This document shows positions 40,801-53,700 of a stretch of DNA of 64,000 bases, one piece after another. The DNA lies in NCBI RefSeq assembly GCF_009914755.1, contig NC_060940.1; one strand, 5' to 3'. Numbering within the stretch: position 1 is the first letter of the stretch; each line of letters starts with the position of its first letter. The position numbers were made by a program, and so were the translations under genes. Source of the DNA: the human T2T-CHM13v2.0 reference genome, Homo sapiens. Under the pieces are notes generated by a model that had not been told where the DNA came from, ran no database searches, and worked only from the letters and a program-made list of their open reading frames with translations.

Positions 40801-43800
40801 ACCCCTTTGTGATGTGTGCATTCATCTCACCGAGTTAAACCTTTCTTTTCATTAAGTAGTTTGGAAACACTATTTTTGTCCATTCTGTGAATGGACGTTT
40901 AGGAACTCAGTAAGACCAATGGAGTAAAAGCAAATATCCCAGGATAAAAACCAGAAGGAAGGTCTCTGAGATACTGCTTTGTGATATGTGCTTTCACCTC
41001 GCAGATTTAAACCTTTATTTTCATTCAGCAGATTGGAAACACTGTTTTTGAAGAATCTGCAAAGGGATATTTGGGAGCACATTGCAGCCTATGGTGAAAA
41101 AGAAAGTATACTCAAATAAAAACTAGAAAGAAGCATGCTGAGAAACTGCTCTGTGTTGTGTCCATTCATCTCACACAGTTAAATGTTTCTTTTCATTCGA
41201 CAGTTTGGAAACACCATTTGTGTCCATTCTGTGAATGGACATTTGGGAGCAGATTGAGACCAATGGCGAAAAGGCGAGTATCCCAGGAGAAAAACAAGAA
41301 GGAAACTATTAGAGAAAGTGCTTTGTGATGTGGGCTTCCATCTCATGGAGATAAACCTTTCTTTCATTCAACAGTTTGGAAACACTGTTTTTCTCAAATC
41401 TGAGAAGGAATAATTGGGAGTGCATTTAAGCCTATGGTGAAAAAGAAAATATGTTCAGGTTAAAGCCAGACGGAAAGTTTTTGTGAAACTGTTTTGTGAT
41501 GTGTGCATTCATCTCACAGAGTGAACCCTTTATTTTGATTCAGCAGTTTAGAAACACTGTCTCTGTGAATTCTGTGAATAGACTTTTGAAAGCTCCTTGA
41601 GGCTGGCAAAAAAAGTTAATATCTCAGGATAAAAACTAGAAGGACACTATCTGAGAAACCACTTGTAAATTGTGCATTCATCTCACAGAATTAAATTTTT
41701 CTTTTCATTCAGCAGTTTGGAAACACTGTTGTTGTAGAATCTGCAAAGACATATTTGGGAACGCAATGAGGACTACAGTGGAAAAGAAATTAAATTCAGA
41801 TAAAAACTACAAAGAATCTTTCTGAGGTACTGCTTTGTGATGTGTGCATTCATCCTGCAGAGTTAAACCTTTCTTTTTGTTCAGCAGATTGGAAACACTG
41901 TTTTTGTCCATTCTGCAAATGGACATTTGGCAGCTTATTGAGGCCAACGACAAAACAGAAAATATGCCACGATAAAAACTACATGAAGCTATTTGAGACT
42001 CGGCTTTCTTAGGTGTGCATTAATCTTGAAGAGTTAAACTTTTCTTTTGATTCAGCAGTTTGAAAACACTGCTTTTTTAAGAATCTCTGAAGGGCAATTT
42101 CGGAGTGCATTGAGGCCTATGGTGAAAAATAAAACACCTTCAGATAAAAACTAGATGGAAGCTTTCTGAGAAACTGATTTGTGATGTGTGCATTCGTTCC
42201 AGAGAGTTAAACCTTTCTTTTAATTCAGCAGTTTTCAAAAACTGTTTTTGTCCATTCTGTGAATAGACATTTGAAAACTCCTTGAGGCCAATGAAGAAAA
42301 AGTGAATATCTCAGGACAAAAACTAGAAGGAAGCTATCTGAAAAACCGCCTTGTTTGGTGTGCATTCAACTCTCAGAGTTATAACGTACTTTTCATTCAG
42401 CAGTTCTGAAACACTGTTTTTGTAGAATATCTGAAGGGTTGTTTCACAGTGCATTGAGACGGTGAAAAATAAAATACCTTCAGATAAAAACTAGGTGGAA
42501 GCTTTCTGAGAAACTGATTTGTGATGTGTGCATTCATTCCACAGAGTTAAACCTTTCTTTTGATATAGCAGTTTTCAAAAACTGTTTTTGTCCATTCTGT
42601 GAATAGACATTTGAAAACTCATTGAAGCCAATGGAGAGAAAGCAAATATCCCAGGATAAAAACTAGAAGGAAGCTATCTGAGAAATGCTTTGTGATGTGC
42701 ACATTCATCTCACAGAGTTAAACCTGTCTTTTCATTCAGGAGTTTGGAAACACTGTTTTTGTCCATTCTGCCAATGGATATTTGACAGCTCATTGAGGCC
42801 AATAGTGAAAAAGTGCATATCCCAGGATAAAAACTAAAAGGAAGCTACCAGAGAAAATGCTTTGTGATGTGTCAATTCTTCCCACAGAGGTATAAGTTTC
42901 TTTTCATTCAGCAGTTTAGAAACACGGTTTTGTCCATTCTGAGAATGGACAGTTAGGAGCTCATTCAGGACAATGGTGAAAAAGTGAATATCCCAGGATA
43001 AAAATTAGAAAAACGGTATCTGAGGAACTGCTTTTTGATGTGTATTCATCTCACCAAGGTAAACCTTTCTCTTCATTCAGCAACTTGGAAACCCTGTTTT
43101 TGTAGTATCTGTGAAGGAATACTTGGGTGTCTTTTGAGGCCTATGTGGATAAAGAAAATATCTCCAAATAAAAACTAGAAAGAAGCTTTCTGAGAAACTG
43201 CTTTGTTGTTTGTGCATTCATCTATGAGATGTAAAACTTTCTTTTGATTCAGCTGTTTGTAAACACTGTTTTTGTACTTTCTGTGAATGGATATTTGGGA
43301 TCTCATTGAGGTGAATTGCAAAAAAGTGAAAATACAAAGATAAAAACTAGAATGAAGCTATCTGAAAAACTGCTTTATGATATGTTAACATTTCTTTTCA
43401 TTTAGCATTTGGAAACACAGTTTTTGAAGGATCTGTGATGGCATATTTGGGAGCTCTTGGATGCCAATGGTGAAAAAGAAAATACCTTTAGATAAAAACT
43501 AGAAAGAAACATTCTGAGAAAGTGCTTAGTGAAGTGTGCATTCATCTCACAGAGGTAAACATTTCTTTTGATTCAGCAGTTTTTTTGTCCATTCTGTGAA
43601 TGGACATATGGGAGCTCATTGAGGCCAATGGCAAAAAAAAATGAATATCACAGGACAAAAACTAGAGGGAACCTATCTGATAAACGGTTTTGTGATATGT
43701 GCATTCACCAAGCAGAGTTAAACCTTTCATTTCATTTAGCAGTTTGGAAAGTTTTTTCTTTGTTTTTTAGCATCTGCTAAGAAATATTTGGGAGTGCATT

Positions 43801-46563
43801 GATGCCTATGGTGAAAAAGTAAATATATTTAGATAAAAACTAGAAATAATCTTTCTGAGAAACTGCTTTGTGATGTGTACCTGCACCTCACTGAATTAAA
43901 CCTTTCCTTGGATTCAGCAGTTTTGAAATAATGTTTTTGTCCATTTTGTGAATGTACACTTAGGAGCTCCTTGAGACCAATGGTGAAGTGAATATCCAAG
44001 GATAAAAACTAGAAGGAAGCTGTATGAGAAATCACTTTGTGATGGGTGCATTCATCACGCAGATTTAAAAGTTTATTTGATTCAGCAGTTTGGAAACACT
44101 GTTTTAGTCCTTTCTGTGAATGGACATTTGGGAGCTCTTTGAGGTCAATGATGAAAGTGCGATAATCCCAGGGCAAATCCAAAAGGAAGCTATATGAGGA
44201 ACCAATTTGTGATGTGTGCCTTCATCTCAGAGAATTAAATCTTTCCTTTTATTGAGCAGTTTTAAAGCACTCTTTTGTTAGAATCTGTGATGGGATATTT
44301 GGGAGCACATTGTGGCCTATAGTGAAAAGGAAAATATCTTCAGATATAAAAACTAGAAAGAAACTTTCTGAGAAACTGCTTTGTGATGCTTTCATTCATC
44401 TCCAAGAGTTAAACCATTCTTTTGATTCAGCAGTTTGGAAACATAGTTTTTGTTCATTCTGTGAATGTACATTTGGGAGCTCATTGAGGGCAATAGTGAA
44501 AAACCGAATATCCCATTATGAAAACTAGAAGGAATTTATCTGAGAAACAGCATTGTGATGTGTGCATTCATCTCACAGAGGTAAACTTTCTGTTCATTCA
44601 GCAGTTTAGAAATACTGTTTTTGTAGAATCAGCTAAGAGGTATTTGGGAGAGCATTGTGGCCTATGGTGAAAAAGAAAATATCTTCAGAAAAAGACTAGA
44701 AGTAACTTTCTGAGATGTGATGTTTGCATTCATCTCAAAAAGTTGAACCATTCTTTTGATTCAGCAGTTTGGAAACACTGTTTTTGTCCATTCTGCGTGC
44801 GGTCATTTGGGAGCTCATTGAGTCCAACAGTGAGAAAACAAATATCCCAGGAAAAAATCAAGAAGGAAGCTACTGGAGAAGCCACTTTTCAGTATGCTCA
44901 TTCATCTCACGGAGTTTAACATTGCTTTTGATTCAGCAGTTTGGTAACACTATTTTTGTACTTTCTGCAAATGGACATTTGAAAGGTCATTAAGCTAATG
45001 GTGAAAAAGAGACTATCCCAGGATGAAATCTAGAAGGAAGCTATCTGAGAAATTGCTTTGTGATGTGTGCATTCATTTCACAAAGTTAAATCTTTTTTTG
45101 ATACAGCAGTTTTGAAACACTGTTTTTGTGCATTCTGCAAATGGACACTTGAGAGTTCCTTGAGGCCAATGGCAAAAAAGTGAGTATCCCAGGATAAAAA
45201 TTAGAAGGAGGCTGTCTGAGAAACCACTTTGTGATGGGGGCATTCATTGCATAGATTTAAAACTTTCTTTGATTCAGCAGTTTGTAAACAGTTTTTTTCC
45301 TTTCTGTGAATGGATATTTGGGAGCTCATTGAGGTCATTGGCAAAAAAGCAAATATCCCAGGTTAAAAACTAGAATGAAGCTGTCTGAGAAATCACATTG
45401 TCATGTGTAAACCTTTCTTTTTATTCAGCAGTTTTAAACATGATTTTTATTCAATCTGCATAGGGATATTTTGGAGTGCATGGAGGCCAACGGTTGTAAA
45501 GGAAATATTTTCAGATAAAAACTAGACAGAAGCTTTCTGAGAAGCTACTTTTTGAAGTGTGCCATCATCTCACACAGTTAAACCTTTCTTTTGATTCAGC
45601 AGTTTGGAAACACAGTTTTTTTCTATTCTGTGAATGGACATTTCAGAGCTATTTGAGGCCAATGGCGAAAAAGTGAATATCCGAGGATAAAAACTAGAAG
45701 GAAGCAATCAGAGAACTCTCTTGGTGATGTGTGCATTCACCTCACAGAGTTAAACCATCATTTTCCCTCAGCAGTTTGGAGAAACTGTTTTTGCAGAAAC
45801 TGTGAAGGAATATTTAGGAACACATAGAGGCCTAAGGTGAAACAGAAAATAACTTCAGATAAAAACTAGAAATGAGCTTTCTGAGAAACTGCTTTGTGAC
45901 GTGTGCATTCATCTCACAGAGTTAAAGCTTTCTTTTGATTTGGCAGTTTGGAAACAGAGTTTTTGTCAATTCTGCGAATGGACATTTGGGAGATCATTGA
46001 AGCCAATGGTGAAAAGGGAATAGCCTGGGATAAAAACTAGAAGAAAGGTATCTGAGAAACTGCTTTGTGAACTGTGCATTAATCTCACATAGCTAAAATT
46101 CTCTTTTCATTGAGCAGTTTGGAAACACTGTTTTTGTAGAATTTGTGAATTGATATTTGGGGGTGCATTGAGGCCTATGGAGAAAAAGAAAATATTTTTG
46201 GAAAAAATGGGAAAGAACCTTTGTGAGAAATTGCTTTGTGATGTGGCCATTCATCTCACAGAGTTAAAACTTTCTTCACATTCAGCAGTTTGGAAACACT
46301 GTTTTTGTCCATTTTTTGAATGGACATTTTTGAGCTCATTTAGGCCAATTGCAAAAGAGTGAATATCCAAGGATAAAAACTAGAAGGAACCTATCTAAGA
46401 AACTTCTTTGTGATGTGTGCATTTGTCTTGCTGACTTAAACATTTCTTTCCATTCAGTGTTTTAGAAACACTGTTTTTGTAGAATCTGCAAAGGGATATT
46501 TGGGAGTGCATTGTGGCCTGTGGTGAAAAGGAAAATATCTTCAGATAAGAATCAGAAAAAAGC
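22826..46563 (+). repeat. Divergent alpha satellite, plus orientation, irregular X/Y dimeric structure (resembles the ancient dimeric H1H2 / OaNa layer)
   Basis: CTGAG anchors at 25267/25439/25611/25783 give 172-bp steps. X = TGTAGAATC..GGGATA..CCTATGG..TATCTTCAGATA..AGAAAGAAGCTTTC. Y = TGTCCATTC..TGGACA..GAGCTC..CCAATGG..TATCCCAGGATA..AGAAGGAAGCTATC. The suprachromosomal family name is an inference. Confidence 0.97.
46549..46563 (+). repeat. L1 target-site duplication, left copy
   Basis: GAATCAGAAAAAAGC is identical to 47687-47701 (17 bp with one mismatch if extended left). Confidence 0.93.
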
Positions 46564-47452
46564 CTAGGCAATACCATTCAGGACATAGGCATGGGCAAGG
46601 ACGTCATGTCTAAAACACCAAAAGCAATGGCAACAAAAGCCAAAATTGACAAATGGGATCTAATTAAACTAAAGAGCTCCTGCACAGCAAAAGAAACTAC
46701 CATCAGAGTGAACAGGCAACCTACAAAATGGGAGAAAATTTTCGCAACCTACTCATCTGACATAGGGCTAATATCCAGAATCTACAATGAACTCAAACAA
46801 ATTTACAAGAAAAAAACAAACAACCCCATTAAAAAGTGGGTGAAGGACATGAACAGACACTTCTCAAAAGAATACATTTATGCAGCCAAAAAACACATGA
46901 AAAAATGCTCATCATCACTGGCCATCAGAGAAATGCAAATCAAAACCACAATGAGATACCATATCACACCAGTTAGAATGGCAATCATTAAAAAGTCTGG
47001 GAACAACAGGTGCTGGAGAGGTTGTGGAGAAATAGGAACACTTTTACACTGTTGGTAGGACTGTAAACTAGTTCAACCATTGTGGAAGTCAGTGTGGCGA
47101 TTCCTCAGGGATCTAGAACTAGAAATACCATTTGACCCAGCCATTCCATTACTGGGTATATACCCAAAGGACTATAAATCATGCTGCTATAAAGACACAT
47201 GCACACATATGTTTATTGTGGCACTATTCACAATAGCAAAGACTTGGAACCAACCCAAATGTCCAACACTGATAGACTGGATTAAGAAAATGTGGCACAT
47301 ATACACCATGGAATACTATGCAGCCATAAAAAATGATGAGTTCATGTCCTTTGTAGGGACATGGATGAAATTGGAAATCATCATTCTCAGTAAACTATTC
47401 TCAAGAACAAAAAACCAAACGCCGCATATTCTCACTCATAGGTGGGAATTGA
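46564..47452 (+). pseudogene. ORF2: Disabled C-terminal fragment of L1 ORF2p (includes the CCHC region)
   Basis: Translates as [26 protein letters not shown]...[17 protein letters not shown] premature TAG at 47056-47058 replaces a Trp codon inside the C-x3-C-x7-H-x4-C motif. There is a +1 frameshift near 47398-47401, and the native TGA is at 47450-47452. Confidence 0.95.
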
Positions 47453-47686
47453 ACAATGAGATCACATGGACACAGGAAGGGGAACATCACACTCTGGGGA
47501 CTGTTGTGGGGTGGCGGGAGGGAGGAGGGATAGCATTGGGAGATATACCTAATGCTAAATGACAAGTTAGTGGGTGCAGTGCACCAGCATGGCACATGTA
47601 TACATATGTAACTAACGTGCACAATGTGCACATGTACCCTAAAACTTAAAGTATAATAATAAAAGAAAAAAAAGAAAGAAAAAAAG
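46564..47686 (+). mobile_element. L1: 5'-truncated LINE-1 (~1.1 kb), L1PA2/L1PA3-like, non-Ta
   Basis: Starts CTAGGCAATACCATTCAGGACATAGGC and contains the ORF2 C-terminus. The 3'UTR has the G-rich tract (~47496-47529), AATAAA (47658-47663) and an A-rich tail, and the element is flanked by a TSD. The 3'UTR reads ATGACAAGTTAG (decayed GAG, not Ta ACA) and CTTAAAGTAT. Confidence 0.98.
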
Positions 47687-47701
47687 GAATCAGAAAAAAG
47701 C
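47687..47701 (+). repeat. L1 target-site duplication, right copy
   Basis: GAATCAGAAAAAAGC, after which the monomer continues in register (TTTCTGAGG...). Confidence 0.93.
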
Positions 47702-50700
47702 TTTCTGAGGAACTGCATTGTGACGTGTGCATTCATCTCACTGAGTTAAACTCTTCTTTTGATTCAGCAGTTTGGAAACACTGTTTTGTCCATTCTGAGA
47801 ATGGATAGTTGGGAGCTCCTTGGGGCCAAGGGCAAAAAAGAAAATATTCTAAGATAAAAACTATAAGGAAGCTATCTGAGAAACTGCTTTGTGATGTTTG
47901 CATTTGTCTCACAGAGATAAAACTTTGTTTTAATTGAGCAATTTGGAGAAACTGTTTTTGTCCAATCTGTGAATGGACATTTGAGAGCAAATTGAGGCCA
48001 GCAGTGAAAAAAAAAGAATATCACAGGATAAAACCTTGAATGGAGCTGAGAAACCATGTTGTGATGTGTGTATTCATTTTTCAGAAGTAAATGTTTCTTT
48101 TTATTCAGCTGTTTGGAAACAATGTTTTTGTAGAATCTGTGACGGTGTATTTTGGAGGGCATTGAGGCCTATTGAGAAAAGAAAATATCTTCAGATAAAA
48201 ACTAGAAAGGAGCTTTCTTAGTAACTGTTTTGTGGTGTGTGCATTCATCTCACCAATTTAAACCTTTCTTTTGATTCAGCAGTTTTGAAACACTGTTTTT
48301 GCCCATTCTGCCAATGGTCAATTGGGAGCTCATTTAGGCCAATGGAAAAAAAGCAAATATCCAAGGATAAAAACTACAAGGAAACTATTTGTGAAACCGA
48401 TTGGTGATGTGCACATTCATCTCACAAAGTTAAACCTTTTCTTCATTCAGCAGTTTGGAATCATACTTTTTGTCCATTCTGTGAATGGGAGATCATTGAG
48501 GCCAATAGCAAAAGAGTAAATTTCCAAAAATAAAAACTAGAAGGAAACTATGAGAAACTGCTTTGGAAAGTGTGCATTCTCTCACAGAGCTCACATTTTC
48601 TTTAGATTCAACAGTTTGGAAACTCTGTTTTTGTCCATTCTGGGAATGGATATTTGGGAGCTTATTGAAGCCAGTGGTGAAAAAGCAAATATTCCAGGAT
48701 AAAAACTAGAAGGAAACTATCTGAGAAACAGCTTTGTGATATGTTCATTCATCTCAGAGAGTTAAACCTTTCTTTTCAATCAGCTCTTTGAAACACTATT
48801 TTTGTAGATCCTTCAAAGGGATATTTAGGAGCACATAGAGGCCTAAGGTGAAACAGAAAATAACTTCAGATAAAAACTAGAAATTAGCTTTCTGAGAAAC
48901 TGCTTTGTGATGTGTGCATTCATCTCACAGACTTAAAACTTTGCTTTATTCAGCAGTTTTCGAACACTGTCTTTTCCTTTCTTCGAATGGACATTTGGGA
49001 GCTCATTGAGGCCAATGACAAAAAAGCGAATATCCTGGGATAAAAACTAGAAGGAAGCCATTTGAGAAACCAATTTGTGATATGTGCATTCTTCTCACAG
49101 TGTTAAACCTTTCTTTTGATTCAGCAGTTTTGAAACACTGTTTTGGTCCATTCTGTGAATTGATATTTGGTAGTTCATAGAGGCCAACGTGAAAAAGGGT
49201 ATATACCAGGAAAAAAAATAGAAGGAAGCTATCTGAGAAACTGCACTGTGATGTGTGCATTTATCTCACAGAGTTAAACCTTTCTTTTCATTGAGCAGTT
49301 TGTAAACTCTATTTTTTTAGTATCTGCAAAGTGATATGTGGGAGTGCGTTGAGGACTTTGGTGAAAAAGAAAATATCTTCTAATAAAAACTAGAAAGAAG
49401 TTTTATGAGAAATGGCATTCTGATGTGTGCATTCATCTCAGAGAGGTAAACCTTTCTTTTGATTCAGCGCTTTGGAAACACTGTTTTTTTTCCCATTCTG
49501 TGAGTGGACATTTCAGAGCTCATTGAAACCAATGGCAAAAAAGGGAATACCCCAGGAAAAATACTAGAAGGAAGCTATCGGAGAAACTGCTCAATAAAAT
49601 GTGCCATCACACTGCAGAGTTAAACCTTTTTTTAATTTAGTGGTTTGGAAACACTGTTTTTGTAGAATCTGCAAAAGGGTATTTGGGAGCATATTGAGGC
49701 CTTTGCTGAAAAAGGAAATATTTTCAGATTAAAACTAGAAAGAAGCTATGAGAAAATGCTTTGTGAGCTGTGCATTCATCTCACAGGGTTAAACCTTTCT
49801 TTAGATTCAGCAGTTTGGAAATACTGTTTTGTCCATACTATAAATGGACATTTGGGAGCTCATTGAGGCCAATGTTGAAAAAGTGAATATCCAAGGATAA
49901 AAACTAGAAGGAAGCAACCTGAGAAACCATTTTGTGATGTGTGCATTCACTTCACAGAGTTAAAACCTGCTTTTCATTCAGCAGTTTGGAAAGACTGTTT
50001 TTGTAGAATCTGTGAAGGGATATTTGGCAGTGCATTGAGGCCTATAGTGAAAAAGGAAATATTGTCACATAAAAACTAGAAAGAAGCTTTCTGAGAAACT
50101 GCTTTGTGATGTGTACCTTCGTGTCACAGAGTTAAACGTTTATTTTCGTTCAGCAGATTGGAAACAATGTTTATTTCCATTCTGCAAATGGCCATTTTGG
50201 AGCTCTTTGTGGCCAATGGCGAAAAAGCAAATATAGAAGGATATTCACTAGAAGGAAGCTGAGAAAACACTTTGTGATGGGTGCATTCATCTCTCATAAT
50301 TAAATATTTCTGTTCATTGAGCAGTTTGGAAACACTGTTTTGTGGAATTAGCGAATTGATATTTGAGAGCGCATTGAGGTCTATGGTGTTAAAGAAATTA
50401 TCTTCTGAAAAAAATGGGAAAGAAGCTTTGTGAGAAACTGCTTTGTGATATGTCCATTCATCCCACAGATTTAAACCTTTCTTTAAATTCAGCAGGTTGA
50501 AAATACCGTTTTTGTCCATTTTGCAAATGGACATGTTGAGCTCATTGAGGCCAATTGCAAAAGAGTGAATATCCAAGGATAAAAACAAGAAGGAAGCTAT
50601 ATGGGAAACCTTTTTGTGTTGTGTGCATTTGTCTCACTGGCTTAAACATTTCTTTTCATTCAGCAGTAGGGAAACACTGTTTTTGTAGAATCTGTGAAGG

Positions 50701-53700
50701 GATATTTGGGAGCGCATTGAGGCATATGGTGAAAAGGAAAATATCTTCAGATAAATACTAGAAGGAAGCTATCTGAAAAACCATTTTGTGACGTTTACAT
50801 TCATCTCACAGAGATCAAACTTTCTTTTAATTGAGCAGTTAGGAAACACTGTTTTTTCCAATGTGCAAATGGACATTTGGGTGATAACTGAGGCCAAAGG
50901 TGAAAAAGTGAACATCCCAGGATAAAATGTAGAAGGGAGCTATCTGAGAAGCCATCTTGTGGTGTGTGTATTCATCTTGCAAAGTTTGGGAGCTCATTGA
51001 GGCCAATAGCAAAAATGCAAATATCCAAAAAATAACAACTAGAAGGAAGCTATGAGAAACCACTTTTGAATGTGTGTGTTCATCTCACAGTGAAAACTTT
51101 CTTTTGATTCAGCAGTTTGAAATCTCGGTTTTTGTCCATTCTGTGAATGGACTTTTCGGAGCTTATTGAGGACTGTGGTGAAAAAGAAGATACCCAGGAT
51201 AAAATCTAGAAGGAAGCTATCTGAGAAACCACTTTGTGATATGTTCATTCATTTCAGAGAGTTAAACATTTCTTTTCATTCAGCTGTTTGAAACACTGTT
51301 TTTGTAGAATCCTCAAAGGGATATATGGGAGTGCATTGAGGCCTACGGTGAAAAAGAAAATATCTTCAGATAAAAACTAGAAAGAAGCTTTCTTAGAAAC
51401 TGCCTTGTGATGTGTGCATTCCTCCACAGAGTTAAAACTTTCCTCTGATTTAGCAGTTTGGAAACACTCTTTTTGTCCATTCTTTGAATGGACATATGGG
51501 AGCTCATTGAGACCAATGGCAAAAAAGCTAATATCTAAGGATAAAAACTAGAAGGAAGCTATGTGAGAAATCACTTTGTGATGTGTGAATTCATCTCACA
51601 GTGTGAAATCTTTCTTTTGATTCAGCAGTTTGGAAACACTGTTTTTGTCCATTCTGTGAATGGACTTTTGGGAGCTCATTGAGGCCAATGGTGAAAAAGT
51701 GAGTATCAAAGGATAAAAACTAGAAGCAAGCTACCTGAGAATCCACTTTGTGATGTGTGCATTCATCTCACAATGTGAAATCTTTCTTTTGATTCAGCAG
51801 TTTGGAAACACTGTTTTTGTCCATTCTGTGAGTGGACTTTTGGGAGCTCATTGAGGCCAAAGGTGAAAAAGTTAATATCAAAGGATAAAAACTAGAAGCA
51901 AATTACCTGAGAATCCACTTTGTGATGTGTGCATTTATCTTGCAGAGTAAAACTTTCTTTTGATTCAGCAGTTTGGAAACCCTGTTTTTATCCTTTCTGT
52001 GAATGGATACTTGTGAGCTCATTGAAGCCAATGATGAAAAAGTGAAAATTCCAGGATCAAAACTGCAATGAAGCTTTCTGGCAAACTGCTTTTTGATGTG
52101 TGCATTCATCCCACAGAGCGAAAACTTTCCTTTGATTCAGCAGTTTGGAAACAATCTTTTTCTCCATTCTGCAAATGGATATTTAAGAGCACATTGAGAC
52201 TAATGGCAAAAATGCGAATATCCCAGGATAAAAACAAGAAGAAGCTATCTGAGAAACTGCTTTGTGATGTGTGCATAAATCTCACAGAGTTAAAACTTTC
52301 TTTTCATGCAGCAGTTTGGAAACACTGTTTTTGTAGAAGCTGCAAAGGGATATTTGGGAACACATTGAGACCTTTGGTGAAAAAGGAAATATCTTCACAT
52401 AAAAACTAGAAAGAAGCTTTTGAGAAACAGCTTTGTGATGTGTGCATTCACTTCACAGTTTAAAAACTTCCTTTTCATCCAGCTGTTTGGAAACACTGTT
52501 ATTGCAGTATCGACGAAGTTATATTTGGGAGCCCATTGAGGCCTATGGTGAAATAGAAAACATCTTCAGATAAAAACTAGAAAGAAGCATTCTGAGAAAC
52601 TGCTTTGGTATTGGTGCATTCATCTCACAGATTTAAAGCATTCTTTTTATTTAGCAGTTTGGAAACACTGTTTTTGTAGAATCTCAGAAGGGATATTTTG
52701 GAGCGCCTTGAGGCCTATGGTGAGAAAGGATATATCTTCAGATAAAAACTAGAAAGAAGTTTTCTGAGAAACTGCTTTGTGATGGGTGCATTTAATTCAC
52801 ATAGTTAAAACGTTATTTTGACTCAGCAGTTTGTAAACTCTGTTTTTCTCTATTCTGCAATTGGATATTTGGGAGCTCATTGAGGCCAATAGTGAAAAAG
52901 TGAATATTCAAGGATAAAAACTAGAAGGAAACTATCTTAGACACCCCTTGTGATGTGTGGATTCATCTCGTAGAGGTAAACCTTTCTTTTCATTCAGCAG
53001 TTTGGAAAGGCTGCTTTGGTAGGATCCGTGAAGGAAAATTTGTGAGCATGTTAAGGCCTGTGGTGAAAAAGAAAATATCTTCAGATAAAAACTAGAATGA
53101 AACTTTTTGAGAAACTGCTTTGTGTTGTGTGCATTCATCTCGCAGAGATAAACATTTTCTTTTCATTCAGCCGTTTGGAAACATTGTTTTTGTCCATTTT
53201 GTGAGTGGACATTTGTGAGCTCACTGAGGCCAATGGCTAAAAAGTGATTATCCCAGGATTAAAACTAGAAAGAAGCTACCTGAGAAACTGCTTTGTGATG
53301 TGTCCATTCATCTCGCAGAGTTAAACATTTCTTTTCATTCAGCAGATTGGAAATGCCGTTTTTGTAGAATCTGCAAAGAGATATTTGGGAGCACATTGAG
53401 GCCTATGTTGAAAAAGAAAATATTGTCAGATAAAAACTACAAAGAAGCTATCTGAGAAATTGCTTTGTGATGTGTGCATTCATCTTGCAGAGTTAAACCT
53501 TTCTTTTGATTCAGCAGTTTGCAAACACTGTTTTTGTGCATTCTGTGAATGGACATTTTGGAGCTCATTGAGGCAAAATGTGAAAAAGTGAATATCCCTG
53601 GAAAAAACTACAAGGCACTATCTGAGAAACTGCTTTGTGATGTGTGTATTCAGCTCATGGAGTTAAATCTTACATTTCATTCAGCAGTTTGGAAACATTG

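Noticed and set aside
47496-47530. G-quadruplex-like tract as a novel element
   Set aside because: It is a standard part of the L1 3'UTR.
46591-47562. Two ORFs (155 and 160 aa) as functional genes
   Set aside because: They are fragments of L1 ORF2 split by a nonsense codon and a frameshift, with no promoter, endonuclease domain or reverse transcriptase domain.
47401-47736. Antisense 111-aa ORF
   Set aside because: It is a common artefact of reading the L1 3'UTR and poly(A) tail in reverse, and it starts in satellite.
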